Assembly (NCBI GenBank): GCA_044346375.1
Contig: JBIIZI010000001.1
Location: forward strand, 1-42,276
Source: Crocinitomicaceae bacterium
GTDB lineage: Bacteria; Bacteroidota; Bacteroidia; Flavobacteriales_D; Crocinitomicaceae
DNA length: 42,276 bases
Direction of reading: 5' to 3'
Position 1 is the stretch's first letter; each line of letters starts with the position of its first letter. Under the pieces are notes generated by a model. That model was not told where the DNA came from, did no database searches, and was given only the letters and a program-made list of their open reading frames with translations. The position numbers were made by a program, and so were the translations under genes. Of this stretch, positions 33,626-42,276 are shown one piece after another.

Positions 33626-34507
33626 TTAAAGTGTAGCGCTACTTGTTGGAATTTCGCGGTCTACTTTCTTGAAAAGGCCTTGTAAAACCTTACCTGGCCC
33701 TACTTCAACAACTTCTGTACAACCGTCGGCAAGCATGTTTTGCATGATTTGCGTCCAGCGAACAGCTCCTGTTAATTGTGTAACCAGATTTGCTTTAATT
33801 TGTGCAGGGTCAGTAACCGCTTGTGCATTGACATTTTGATAAACTGGGCAAATTGGTTGAGCAAAGTGAGTCGCTTCAATGGCTGCTGCGAGTTCTTCGC
33901 GAGCGGGCTCCATAAGTGGAGAGTGAAAAGCACCACCTACTTGCAAAACCAAAGCGCGTTTGGCGCCGGCTTCAGTTAACTTGGTACAAGCTGCATCTAT
34001 GGCAGCAAGGCTTCCTGAAATCACGAGTTGCCCAGGGCAATTGTAATTGGCCGCCACAACAACACCGTCGATTTCGGCACAAATGCGCTCAACAACTTCG
34101 TCTTCGAGTCCGAGTATTGCCGCCATGGTGCTCGGTGCCAATTCGCAGGCTTTTTGCATGGCGTCGGCACGCTTGGCAACCAAACGCAGGCCATCTTCAA
34201 AGGATAAAGTTTTGTTGGCAACTAAAGCAGAAAACTCACCTAGTGAATGGCCGGCAACCATAGCTGGTTGAAAGCTATCGCCAAGACAAGCCGCAAGAAT
34301 AGTACTGTGTAAAAAGATAGCAGGTTGCGTTACATTCGTTTGTTTGAGTGCGTCGTCAGAGCCCTCGAACATGATGCTTTGGATGTCGAATCCGAGAATT
34401 TCGTTCGCCTTAGCAAACAAACTGCGTGCAAGTTCGGAATTGTCGTAGAGGTCTTTGCCCATTCCGGAAAATTGGGCGCCTTGCCCAGGAAAAACATATG
34501 CTTTCAT
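33626..34507 (-). CDS. fabD: ACP S-malonyltransferase
   Basis: FPGQGAQFSGMG, the active-site GHSLGEFSA, and GAFHSPLM. Confidence 0.93.
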   Translation of the reverse strand: MKAYVFPGQGAQFSGMGKDLYDNSELARSLFAKANEILGFDIQSIMFEGSDDALKQTNVTQPAIFLHSTILAACLGDSFQPAMVAGHSLGEFSALVANKTLSFEDGLRLVAKRADAMQKACELAPSTMAAILGLEDEVVERICAEIDGVVVAANYNCPGQLVISGSLAAIDAACTKLTEAGAKRALVLQVGGAFHSPLMEPAREELAAAIEATHFAQPICPVYQNVNAQAVTDPAQIKANLVTQLTGAVRWTQIMQNMLADGCTEVVEVGPGKVLQGLFKKVDREIPTSSATL

Positions 34508-34546
34508 GTCGTTAATTTGGGCGTAAATTTAAGGAAAACTCAGCGA

Positions 34547-35386
34547 TTAGAGTTGTCCGTCGGAATGATACTTACCCAATTTGTAAATTCGGACCTTCTG
34601 CAAAATTCCATCTTGATCGTAATCATAGACTTTTCCGTCGTACAATTGGCCATTTTTAAATTCGCCGTCCATCCAGATTTCGTCGTTGTCGTTGTAGACC
34701 TTATTGTAGCCATTCGGAACAAAACGCAGACCTTTGGTTTTGGGGTTGGTAAGGCGCGGCGGATAAACGTTGGCGGTGGGAACAGGTTTAGTTGCCACAA
34801 CTGTTGTTTGGTTGTTTGCTTTTTGAACCGCACTAATTGCGCCATCAGGTGCTACGTTAAAAGAACTTTGTATTTGACCGTTGGTGTTGTAACGCAATAC
34901 TTGCCCCTGAACCTCACCATTCTTGACCGTATAGCTGAGGGCCAACTTTCCATTCGGATGGTAATAACTTACTTTACCGCTTTCCTGACCTTGATTGTTG
35001 AAATTGGCACGGTAGGCTAGTTGGCCGTTGTCGTGGTAGCGCAACAATAAACCTTTGTATCCATTGGCATTGTACTCGCCTTGCTCAGCTATTTTGCCAT
35101 TTGGATAATAACGCGTGTACGGCCCCTCCGGTCGGTTGTTGTTATAGGTGCCTTTTAATTGGATGCTGCCGTCGGAAAAATATTTGATCCAGGTGCCTTC
35201 TTTGCGGCCGTCTACATAATATCCTTCTTCTACCTTTTGGGTTTTAGGTAGGTTTTTATGCGGATAATCTTTACCTGTAAAAACCCATTTTCCTTGGCGC
35301 TTGCCGTCTGCATTGCGCTTGTTTTGCGCAAAGATTTGAGCACTGAAAAAAAGTAATAAACAACAAAGAGATGTCCGTAAATTCAC
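34547..35386 (-). CDS. secreted MORN-variant (YwqK-type) repeat protein
   Basis: Signal peptide and tandem repeats of the G..EG.W..YY.NGK type (EGTWIKYFSDGS, EGPYTRYYPNGK, YYHPNGK). Confidence 0.65.
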   Translation of the reverse strand: MNLRTSLCCLLLFFSAQIFAQNKRNADGKRQGKWVFTGKDYPHKNLPKTQKVEEGYYVDGRKEGTWIKYFSDGSIQLKGTYNNNRPEGPYTRYYPNGKIAEQGEYNANGYKGLLLRYHDNGQLAYRANFNNQGQESGKVSYYHPNGKLALSYTVKNGEVQGQVLRYNTNGQIQSSFNVAPDGAISAVQKANNQTTVVATKPVPTANVYPPRLTNPKTKGLRFVPNGYNKVYNDNDEIWMDGEFKNGQLYDGKVYDYDQDGILQKVRIYKLGKYHSDGQL

Positions 35387-35409
35387 AACGCCAATTTACG
35401 AATTTTGGC

Positions 35410-35417
35410 TAACTTTG
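35410..35417 (+). promoter_or_regulatory. candidate -7 box (TAACTTTG) 7 nt upstream of the ATG at 35425
   Basis: Exact TAnnTTTG match. Confidence 0.25.
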
Positions 35418-35424
35418 ATGCAGT

Positions 35425-36318
35425 ATGCTTAGCCTAGATCCCAAAGAACTCACTGTCCAACGTTTGCACCAACTTTTACTAGGTGCTATTGGCCCGCGCC
35501 CTATAGCATTTGCCTCTACTTTAGACCAAGAAGGCAATGCCAATTTGGCGCCGTTTAGTTTTTTCAATGTCTTTAGTGCCAACCCTCCTATTCTGGTTTT
35601 TTCACCAGCGCGTTCTGGGCGCACAGGCCAAAGCAAAGACACCTTCAATAACGCCAAAACAGTACCTGAAGTCGTGATCAACGTGGTCAACTACAACATG
35701 GTGCACCAAATGAGCCTCGCAAGCTCTCCTTATGCGCCAGGCATAGACGAATTCGTAAAGGCTGGTTTTACTGCGCTGCCCTCACAAAAAGTAGCGCCTT
35801 TTCGCGTAGCCGAAGCGCCAGTGCAGTTTGAATGCAAAGTGCAGCAAATCATCGAACTCGGTCAAGAAGGCGGTGCAGGCAACCTCATTATTTGCGAGGT
35901 CGTCCAAATGCACATCCACGAAGACCTACTCAATGAAAACGGCCTCATTGACCAACACAAAATCGATTTAGTAGCCCGCATGGGCGGCGATTGGTATTGC
36001 AGAGCAAATACCGAATCTATGTTTGAAATCAAAAAGCCTATCACTACCTGCGGCATTGGCTATGACGCCCTGCCACAAGACATCAAAAACAGCCAGCTCC
36101 TGAGCGCCAACGACCTCGGCCAGCTCGCAGGCATCGAAGAACTCCCCAACGAAACCGATGTCAACGAATACAAACTACTCGAACTTTCCACACTTTTCCT
36201 AGACCTCGAGCACGACGCAAATGCACTCGAACAAGCCTTACACCAAAGAGCTCACGAGTTACTTGCTCAAAATCAACTAGAAGAAGCCTGGCTTACCCTT
36301 TTATCTTTTAATAACTAA
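35425..36318 (+). CDS. flavin reductase family protein (FMN-binding split barrel)
   Basis: GAIGPRPIAFASTLDQEGNANLAPFSFFNVFSANPP is the typical flavin-reductase-like domain N-terminus. Confidence 0.7.
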   Translation: MLSLDPKELTVQRLHQLLLGAIGPRPIAFASTLDQEGNANLAPFSFFNVFSANPPILVFSPARSGRTGQSKDTFNNAKTVPEVVINVVNYNMVHQMSLASSPYAPGIDEFVKAGFTALPSQKVAPFRVAEAPVQFECKVQQIIELGQEGGAGNLIICEVVQMHIHEDLLNENGLIDQHKIDLVARMGGDWYCRANTESMFEIKKPITTCGIGYDALPQDIKNSQLLSANDLGQLAGIEELPNETDVNEYKLLELSTLFLDLEHDANALEQALHQRAHELLAQNQLEEAWLTLLSFNN

Positions 36319-36328
36319 CAACAAGTCC

Positions 36329-36721
36329 ATGTTTAAATTCACCGGCACCATTAAAGTCATCCAAGACACCCAACGCATCTCAGAGAAATTTCAAAAACGC
36401 GAGTTTGTCGTTACCGACACTACTTCTATGTACCCACAAGACATCCTTTTTCAAGCAACCCAAGACAAATGCACTTTGCTCGATTCTTTTCAGGCAAACG
36501 ACAGCGTAGAGGTTTCTTTCAATTTGCGTGGCCGCGAATGGACAAGCCCACAAGGCGAGGTCAAGTATTTCAACACCATTGAAGCTTGGCGCATCGAAAA
36601 ACAAGGGCAAAGCCAAGGAATGGGCATGCCAAGTAGCGGCCCTTCAGCAATGAATATGGGTTCTGAACCACTTCCAGGTGTTGGTGCAAGCACCGAAGAA
36701 GACGACGATCTTCCTTTCTAA
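36329..36721 (+). CDS. DUF3127 domain protein (OB-fold-like) with an SSB-type disordered linker and acidic tip
   Basis: FTGTIKVIQDTQRISEKFQKREFVV...EVSFNLRGREW matches my recollection of DUF3127. The C-terminus is a G/P/M/S-rich linker ending in EEDDDLPF. Confidence 0.6.
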   Translation: MFKFTGTIKVIQDTQRISEKFQKREFVVTDTTSMYPQDILFQATQDKCTLLDSFQANDSVEVSFNLRGREWTSPQGEVKYFNTIEAWRIEKQGQSQGMGMPSSGPSAMNMGSEPLPGVGASTEEDDDLPF

Positions 36722-36748
36722 GTCGATTTATAATTGAAAACGGGCTTG

Positions 36749-37513
36749 TTAAAACAGACCCAAAGCCAAGCTCACCCCAAGTAAGATACTTAGCAGCTTG
36801 AGCAAATTGAATTTATGATTCTCGGTGGTTTCGAAAATAATCGTGGTTGAGATGTGTAAAAACATCCCAACCACTACCGCCAAGATGAGCTGAACATTAA
36901 GCCCTAATTGTTCGGTAGTGATGCCCAAACCCAAAAATACACCTAGTGGCGTCATCAGGCCAAAAGCCATCAGGACCAACCACGCGTCGCGTTTCTTCAG
37001 TCTTGTAGCCAACAGTAAAGTCATGAGTGCAATCGACACCGGAATCTGGTGAAATACAATACCCCAAAAGAAACTCGCATTGTAAGGTACTGCTGTCTGG
37101 TCAACGCCAATTTGTAGCATATTCCCAAGCGGAATTCCTTCAATAATGGAGTGTACCGAAAGTGAAATAAACAAGGCCCAAGGCATGGCCTGCCCTTTGT
37201 GCACATGCACGTGTCCGTGCTCAATGCCTCCTGAGAAATACTCCAAAACAAGCTGTATCAAAAAACCAACTAAAATAAAAACGCCAACTTGGAAAGTAGG
37301 CAGCGCTTCGAAATGTGCGTGGGCATGCCCCTCATGAGCGCCGTAGAGTTCTGGCAGTAAGTGCTGAAAAATGACCGCAAGTAAAAAACCACCACTAAAA
37401 GCCAAGGCGAGTTTGATGTATTGGTTTTTGTTGGTTGCATTGAGAAAACTCACTACACCTCCACCGAATGCCACCGAAAACAACAATATCAATTCTATAG
37501 CGTAAAAATTCAT
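36749..37513 (-). CDS. ZIP family metal (Zn/Fe) transporter
   Basis: Eight predicted TM segments and a His-rich loop AHEGHAHAHF / HGHVHVHKG. The 254-aa length is typical of ZupT-like proteins. Confidence 0.7.
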   Translation of the reverse strand: MNFYAIELILLFSVAFGGGVVSFLNATNKNQYIKLALAFSGGFLLAVIFQHLLPELYGAHEGHAHAHFEALPTFQVGVFILVGFLIQLVLEYFSGGIEHGHVHVHKGQAMPWALFISLSVHSIIEGIPLGNMLQIGVDQTAVPYNASFFWGIVFHQIPVSIALMTLLLATRLKKRDAWLVLMAFGLMTPLGVFLGLGITTEQLGLNVQLILAVVVGMFLHISTTIIFETTENHKFNLLKLLSILLGVSLALGLF

Positions 37514-38265
37514 GGTCTCTTTTTTGCAATGATGATCAGGCGGTCGCTGTCTTGTTCATTAAAAGCATCGAGCGCGTATGACCCGTAGGTGGCTTGGATT
37601 TCAAAATAAGGAGCAAGCAAGGTCTCAAAATTGGACAAAGACAGCGCTTGAACACGTTCGGTAAAAGTACCAATGACAGTATTTTGAATGGTGTCGAGCA
37701 CTTCGATTTGCTTAAAAATATGTTTTTGATCGTGCCAACGTTCGATGTTAAACTGAGCTCCATCTCTGCTGATTACTTCACTTGGCTTTAGATTTTTAGC
37801 AACTTTGTGTGCGTTCAAGAAATCAATCACTAGTACACCTTCAGGGATGAGCATTTGAGCTATGGACTTACAAACCGCTTGGTTTTCTTCCAGGGTATCA
37901 AAGTATCCGAAACTGGTAAACAAATTAAAGATGGCGTCAAATTGTTGTCCTTCCAACGGCATGCGCATGTCGTGGACCAAAAAATTCAGGTTCTCTAATG
38001 CAAGTGCAACGCGGTTCAGTTCGGCTGCAGCAATGCTATTGGCAGCTAAGTCGGCACCAACTACAGTGAAACCCCTTTGAGCAAGCGTAATCGAATGCCT
38101 GCCCTTACCGCAAGCGAGGTCGAGGACCTGGGCATGAGAAGCAAGAGCTAGTTTCTCGATCAGGTGATCCAAAAATTGTTGGGCTTCGTTGTCGTCGCGG
38201 TGCTGATACAACAAATGATAATAAGGGGAATCGAACCAGGTGGCGAACCATTCTTTTTGTGCCAT
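37510..38265 (-). CDS. class I SAM-dependent methyltransferase
   Basis: Motif I VLDLACGKGRHS and post-I VVGADL. Its stop overlaps the ZIP gene start (4 nt). Confidence 0.75.
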   Translation of the reverse strand: MAQKEWFATWFDSPYYHLLYQHRDDNEAQQFLDHLIEKLALASHAQVLDLACGKGRHSITLAQRGFTVVGADLAANSIAAAELNRVALALENLNFLVHDMRMPLEGQQFDAIFNLFTSFGYFDTLEENQAVCKSIAQMLIPEGVLVIDFLNAHKVAKNLKPSEVISRDGAQFNIERWHDQKHIFKQIEVLDTIQNTVIGTFTERVQALSLSNFETLLAPYFEIQATYGSYALDAFNEQDSDRLIIIAKKRP

Positions 38266-38269
38266 ACTG

Positions 38270-38277
38270 CAAATTTA
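38270..38277 (-). promoter_or_regulatory. candidate -7 box (TAAATTTG on the minus strand) 4 nt upstream of the methyltransferase ATG
   Basis: Plus-strand caaattta at 38270-38277; the start codon is the complement of 38263-38265. Confidence 0.25.
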
Positions 38278-38303
38278 CAACTTTCTTTTCCTAATTTCGG
38301 GAC

Positions 38304-38900
38304 ATGAGACACATTGGTTTGAGTGGCGGAATTGGTTCCGGAAAAAGCACAGTTGCAAAAGCACTCGAACACATGGGCTACCCTGTATTTTATTCTGATG
38401 AGGAGGCCAAAAAATTATATGAGACCCACCCCTTGTTGATAAATGAACTGATCGCCATTTTTGGAAAGGAAATTTATCAAGAAGGTGTCTTTCAAAAACA
38501 TGTTTTAGCGACGCAACTTTTTGAAAACCCTGCGCTGAAAGAACAAATTGCGGCATTGGTGCATCCGCTTGTGCGGGAACGCTTCAATGAATGGGCCGGG
38601 CAACAAACGGCTGAGCTTGTTTTCAATGAAGCGGCTATTCTTTTTGAAACGGGCGCTTACAAACAGTTTGCTGCAACAGTTTTAGTGGTTGCCCCACTTG
38701 AAACGAGAATTCAGCGGGTTCAAAAACGAGATGCCATGAGTCGGGAAGCGGTGCTTCAGCGCATAGAAAATCAGTGGCCCGATTCCAAAAAAATGAACCT
38801 CACCCCTTATATCATCACAAACGACGGACAACCATTGTTGCTACAAATTGAGGATGTGATTTCTAAATTAAAGACAGCTGAAAAAAATAGCGGGCATTAG
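38304..38900 (+). CDS. coaE: dephospho-CoA kinase
   Basis: P-loop IGLSGGIGSGKST at the N-terminus and a typical length of 198 aa. Confidence 0.88.
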   Translation: MRHIGLSGGIGSGKSTVAKALEHMGYPVFYSDEEAKKLYETHPLLINELIAIFGKEIYQEGVFQKHVLATQLFENPALKEQIAALVHPLVRERFNEWAGQQTAELVFNEAAILFETGAYKQFAATVLVVAPLETRIQRVQKRDAMSREAVLQRIENQWPDSKKMNLTPYIITNDGQPLLLQIEDVISKLKTAEKNSGH

Positions 38901-39331
38901 TACACCATTTTGATACTGATGCTGCGGTCTTGTTGGAATTTGAAAGAGCAGTCTTCAAAACTTGGTACACTTAGGTTTGGCCTGACATTATTGGAAAAAG
39001 CGTAGCCTTCTGTCGGGACACCAAAGAAATTTTTGTCGCAAATTTTGTTTTGGTTGACATCGTGATAAACAACAACTGCGTATTTGCCAGCTTCTAGGTC
39101 TTTGAATGTGTAAGTGACTAATCCTTTTTGGGCATCGGTGCGAGACAAGCGATAAGTTGTGCCTACTTTAGCGAAGGTATCCGGATTTCTGTAGAGCGCA
39201 AATTCTATCCAACCTTTGGCACTGGCAACAGCACTTACATTTACGTGTAAATCAAATTTGGAATCGGGGGTGCTGGGTTGCGCAAATGAAGTCAGCAAAC
39301 CGAATATGCAAAGAAAAACGAACCACTTCAT
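38897..39331 (-). CDS. DUF2141 domain-containing secreted protein
   Basis: Signal peptide. GWIEFALY, HDVNQNKICDKNFFGVPTEGYAFSNN and PSFEDCSF are typical DUF2141 blocks. Confidence 0.55.
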   Translation of the reverse strand: MKWFVFLCIFGLLTSFAQPSTPDSKFDLHVNVSAVASAKGWIEFALYRNPDTFAKVGTTYRLSRTDAQKGLVTYTFKDLEAGKYAVVVYHDVNQNKICDKNFFGVPTEGYAFSNNVRPNLSVPSFEDCSFKFQQDRSISIKMVY

Positions 39332-39341
39332 AACGATTAAC

Positions 39342-40058
39342 TTATTCGGATAAACGGATGTTTAAGCCGAGGTTGAACTGTAAATTCTTGATACTAAAAG
39401 ACGCTTGGTTGAATAATTGCTGCCATTCATTGAAGGCGCCAACCTCTAGACCGTTGCTGAGGTCACGAAAGCCGCGGTAAGCACTTGCGCGCAAGCCGAT
39501 TCTTTTGGTTGGGTTCCATTGTAAGTAGGCAAAATAACCCATATCGAACTTTTCTTGGGTGTTTTCAACGACTTCGGAACTCAATAAGTTGGTGGAAGGA
39601 GCGCCAGGATAAAAAGCATAAAAATCTTTTTGCATTGTGCCTTGAAAGCGATAGCGGTATTGCAAGCCGCCACCGACATGCACACTTAGTACTTTGAGCT
39701 CTAGGCCCATTGGCAAGGTGAGGAGTTCACCCGTTGCGGTTTTCTGACAGAGCAATAAAAAAGGCTGGCCGGTATCGTCGGTGGCCCATTCGGTGCTTTG
39801 GTAGGCCAAATTTTGATGTCCATAGCCCAAGCCGCTGTAGGCCGTAAGTACTTTTAGTACGGTGTAGCCAACTTGTACTTCGCCGCCGGCTGTGGCGCGC
39901 CAAAATGCTTGTGGATCAAAGGGTTGTTGCGCAAGCTGGTAAGCCCCTTGAATTTCTTGTTTGTTGGCGCCAACTTCGGCCTGTAAGAACCAACGCCACT
40001 GGGCATTGGCTCCAAAAGACCATATAGTAAAAAAGACAAAAAGTGCAACGTTGCGCAT
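39342..40058 (-). CDS. outer-membrane beta-barrel protein (porin/PorT-like family), function unknown
   Basis: Signal peptide ending ANAQ, with alternating hydrophobic/aromatic beta-strand patterns throughout. Confidence 0.4.
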   Translation of the reverse strand: MRNVALFVFFTIWSFGANAQWRWFLQAEVGANKQEIQGAYQLAQQPFDPQAFWRATAGGEVQVGYTVLKVLTAYSGLGYGHQNLAYQSTEWATDDTGQPFLLLCQKTATGELLTLPMGLELKVLSVHVGGGLQYRYRFQGTMQKDFYAFYPGAPSTNLLSSEVVENTQEKFDMGYFAYLQWNPTKRIGLRASAYRGFRDLSNGLEVGAFNEWQQLFNQASFSIKNLQFNLGLNIRLSE

Positions 40059-40076
40059 GTGCTGTCGAGCTATGAA

Positions 40077-41705
40077 TTAACCTAAGAAAGGATAACGGTA
40101 ATCGGCAGGCGGCACAAAAGTTTCTTTGATGGTGCGTGCGGAAGTCCAGCGCATAAGGTTCATGGCAGCACCAGCTTTGTCGTTGGTACCCGAACCGCGT
40201 GCGCCACCAAATGGTTGTTGACCCACAACCGCGCCGGTTGGTTTGTCGTTGATGTAAAAATTACCTGCCGCATTCATCAATTTTTGATTGGCCAACTGAA
40301 TGGCGTAGCGGTCAGTAGCGATGATTGAGCCGGTGAGCGCGTATTCAGATGTTTGATCGAGGAGGTCTAGTGTTTCTGAGAACTGCGCATCTGGGTAAAC
40401 GTAGATGGTAAGTACAGGTCCAAAGATTTCTTCAACCATGGTGCGGAATTTTGGATTGGTGGTCACGACAGTTGTTGGGGCGATATAATAACCAACTGAT
40501 TTATCGTAGGTACCTCCAGTAATGATTTGGGCATCTGGCTGCGCTTTAACGTAGTCGATATATCCGGCTATTCTATCAAAGGCACGCTCGCTAATGACAG
40601 CATTGACAAAATTGGAGGTGTCTTCTGGGCTTCCTTGTTTGAAGGAGTTGACCTGAGCTACTAAAATTTCTTGAACTGCTGGCCAAAGGCTTTCTGGAAT
40701 GTATGCGCGAGATGCAGCAGAACATTTTTGACCTTGGAATTCAAAAGCACCGCGTGAAAGTGCTGTAGCTACTTCTGCTGCATTGGCGCTGTTGTGAACC
40801 ATCACGAAGTCTTTGCCTCCGGTTTCGCCGACAATGCGCGGATAAGAGCGGTAGTTTTCGATGTTGTGGGCGATGTTTTTCCAGAGCTGACGGAATACGT
40901 CTGTAGAACCTGTAAAGTGTATACCCGCGAATTCTTTGTGTGCAAAAATAACTTCGCCAGCTGCTTGGCCACTAACGGTAACCATGTTGATGACACCTGC
41001 AGGCAAGCCAGCTGCTTCGAAAAGCTCCATAATGATTTGGGCAGAATAGATTTGTGTTTCTGCAGGCTTCCAAACTACTACGTTGCCCATCATGGCCGGA
41101 GCAGCCGAAAGATTGGCAGCAATAGACGTAAAGTTGAAAGGCGTTAAAGCGAAGATAAAACCTTCTAATGGACGGTATTCTAAGCGGTTCCACATACCTG
41201 GTAAGGATTCTGGCTGCTCGCTGTAGATTTGGGTCATGTACTGAACGTTGAAGCGGAAGAAATCGATGAGCTCACAAGCGGCGTCGATTTCGGCTTGAAA
41301 TACATTTTTAGACTGCGCAAGCATGGTGGCTGCGTTCATGCGGTCGCGGAAAGGACCCGCAAGGAGGTCTGCGGCGCGCAAGAAAACCGCAGCGCGGTCT
41401 TGCCATGGGAGTGCAGACCAAGCTGCTTTTGCAGCCAAAGCAGCATCGATGGCGGCCGCTACATGCGCGGCTTCACCTTGGTTGTAGTGCCCAATAACCG
41501 TTTGGTGGTCGTGGGGCATGGTGAGTGCCTTCTTATTGGAGGTAGTTACCTTTTTACCGCCGATGTACATCGGGATATCAATAGGAGTGCGGTCCTTGAA
41601 TTCGTGGTATTTAGCAAGCAATGATGCGCGTTCGGGCGATCCGGCTGCATAAGATTTAACAGGTTCGTTGATGGCAACAGGGACCTTAAAAAATGCGTTT
41701 GACAT
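40077..41705 (-). CDS. pruA: L-glutamate gamma-semialdehyde (1-pyrroline-5-carboxylate) dehydrogenase
   Basis: Aldehyde dehydrogenase fold with catalytic Glu (VGETGGKD) and Cys (FEFQGQKCSAASR). The 542-aa long form is typical of PruA. Confidence 0.88.
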   Translation of the reverse strand: MSNAFFKVPVAINEPVKSYAAGSPERASLLAKYHEFKDRTPIDIPMYIGGKKVTTSNKKALTMPHDHQTVIGHYNQGEAAHVAAAIDAALAAKAAWSALPWQDRAAVFLRAADLLAGPFRDRMNAATMLAQSKNVFQAEIDAACELIDFFRFNVQYMTQIYSEQPESLPGMWNRLEYRPLEGFIFALTPFNFTSIAANLSAAPAMMGNVVVWKPAETQIYSAQIIMELFEAAGLPAGVINMVTVSGQAAGEVIFAHKEFAGIHFTGSTDVFRQLWKNIAHNIENYRSYPRIVGETGGKDFVMVHNSANAAEVATALSRGAFEFQGQKCSAASRAYIPESLWPAVQEILVAQVNSFKQGSPEDTSNFVNAVISERAFDRIAGYIDYVKAQPDAQIITGGTYDKSVGYYIAPTTVVTTNPKFRTMVEEIFGPVLTIYVYPDAQFSETLDLLDQTSEYALTGSIIATDRYAIQLANQKLMNAAGNFYINDKPTGAVVGQQPFGGARGSGTNDKAGAAMNLMRWTSARTIKETFVPPADYRYPFLG

Positions 41706-41726
41706 ATAATGGATTGATTAGGTGAA

Positions 41727-41734
41727 CAAAATTA
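41727..41734 (-). promoter_or_regulatory. candidate -7 box (TAATTTTG on the minus strand) upstream of pruA
   Basis: Plus-strand caaaatta lies 21 nt upstream of the start codon at 41705. Confidence 0.3.
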
Positions 41735-41740
41735 CAAAAA

Positions 41741-42046
41741 CTAGCTAAACCAAACATCGCGGATCAGCTCTTCACCAACAAACTGGTTACAGCGCGCAAT
41801 AATGATTTGCTTGCCATGAAAGAGTTCGTCGCGCATGACGCTCGAATCGATTTTGAGGTAAAGGGTGTTGTTTTCAATGCGGATATCGGTGGTGCGCTGT
41901 GCAACTGCCGGGCCCATGAGCTCGGGCCACGCAGCAATGAGGTCAAAGGATTTCATTTTATCCTCCAAACCATAAGCTTTCATGATGCCTTTTACTAATT
42001 GGCCAAGTGGTTTTTCTTGACCTTGTCTTTTGTTGTCTGAACTCAT
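41741..42046 (-). CDS. DUF721 domain-containing protein (recF-associated)
   Basis: MSSDNKRQGQEKPLGQLVKGIMKAYGLEDK...AWPELMGPAVAQRT. The ATG overlaps the recF stop (ATGA). The ORF-track N-terminal extension is an Arg-rich read-through of the recF region. Confidence 0.75.
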   Translation of the reverse strand: MSSDNKRQGQEKPLGQLVKGIMKAYGLEDKMKSFDLIAAWPELMGPAVAQRTTDIRIENNTLYLKIDSSVMRDELFHGKQIIIARCNQFVGEELIRDVWFS

Positions 42047-42276
42047 AAGGCGATGGCTTGTTGGTCTTTGATTTGAAAAAGTTGGGTTTGACCGGGTAAC
42101 TGCGCAAAGAGCGCTTGCATGCGTTCGGGGTCGGTGTCGGTGATGAGGACTTGCCCGAAGTAGTCGGCACTCACCAGCGCAATAAGGCGCGCAACGCGTT
42201 CGTTGTCTAGTTTGTCGAAGATGTCGTCGAGCAGCAAAACGGGCTTTTGACCCTTGTGTTGTTTGAGCCAATCGAA
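42043..42276 (-). CDS. recF: DNA replication/repair protein RecF, C-terminal part (the gene runs off the window end)
   Basis: FDWLKQHKGQKPVLLLDDIFDKLDNERV (Walker B/D-loop) and GQVLITDT, in an open frame to the window edge. Confidence 0.85.
   Translation of the reverse strand, partial: FDWLKQHKGQKPVLLLDDIFDKLDNERVARLIALVSADYFGQVLITDTDPERMQALFAQLPGQTQLFQIKDQQAIAL

Noticed and set aside
34325-35020. 231-aa plus-strand ORF
   Set aside because: It is antisense to fabD and the MORN-repeat gene and has a low-complexity hydrophobic composition. The opposite-strand genes have clear family motifs.
42047-42271. ORF-track 176-aa reading frame extending the DUF721 gene upstream
   Set aside because: The extension is an Arg/Pro/His-rich out-of-frame read of the recF C-terminal coding region. 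The recF frame is clearly coding (LLLDDIFDKLD), and DUF721 starts at the ATGA overlap.
1-42276. CRISPR arrays, tRNA/rRNA genes, transposases, integrases, prophage or toxin-antitoxin modules
   Set aside because: I saw no spaced direct-repeat arrays and no tRNA-like T-loop/acceptor patterns in the non-coding regions. None of the ORFs carries recombinase or transposase motifs. The window looks like core chromosome.

Overview
This is a compact chromosomal segment with about 46 protein-coding genes, many with overlapping start and stop codons. It is very probably from a Bacteroidota (Flavobacteriia-like) genome. Three things support that: a gldH gliding-motility lipoprotein gene, the recF-DUF721 pair, and repeated TAnnTTTG '-7' promoter boxes in front of genes. 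I found no rRNA, tRNA, CRISPR array, transposase, integrase or phage genes. Most genes are housekeeping: deoC (partial), radA, rsmI, holB, a PSP1-family gene, gldH, metK, mtnA, truA, fabD, coaE, pruA and recF (partial).

Five loci are not explained by standard annotation:
1. A translationally coupled TetR / ABC / HlyD / TolC operon (23782-28816, minus strand). Its only ABC protein has every catalytic ATPase motif degenerate, and no cargo gene is present.
2. A two-domain protein of unknown function with a PPAT/NadD-like nucleotidyltransferase motif. Its stop overlaps the start of a WYL-domain regulator gene (12513-14935), and it follows an MbnP/di-haem peroxidase pair.
3. A LysR-controlled divergent module of a 91-aa protein, a DUF6671-like protein with a double zinc ribbon, and an SbtA-like permease (20720-23798).
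4. A stand-alone homologue of the CTP-synthase glutaminase domain with its catalytic residues replaced (6843-7541).
5. A DUF3127 protein carrying an SSB-type disordered linker and a DDDLPF tip (36329-36721).

All functional calls come from reading the motifs by eye. No database search was possible.
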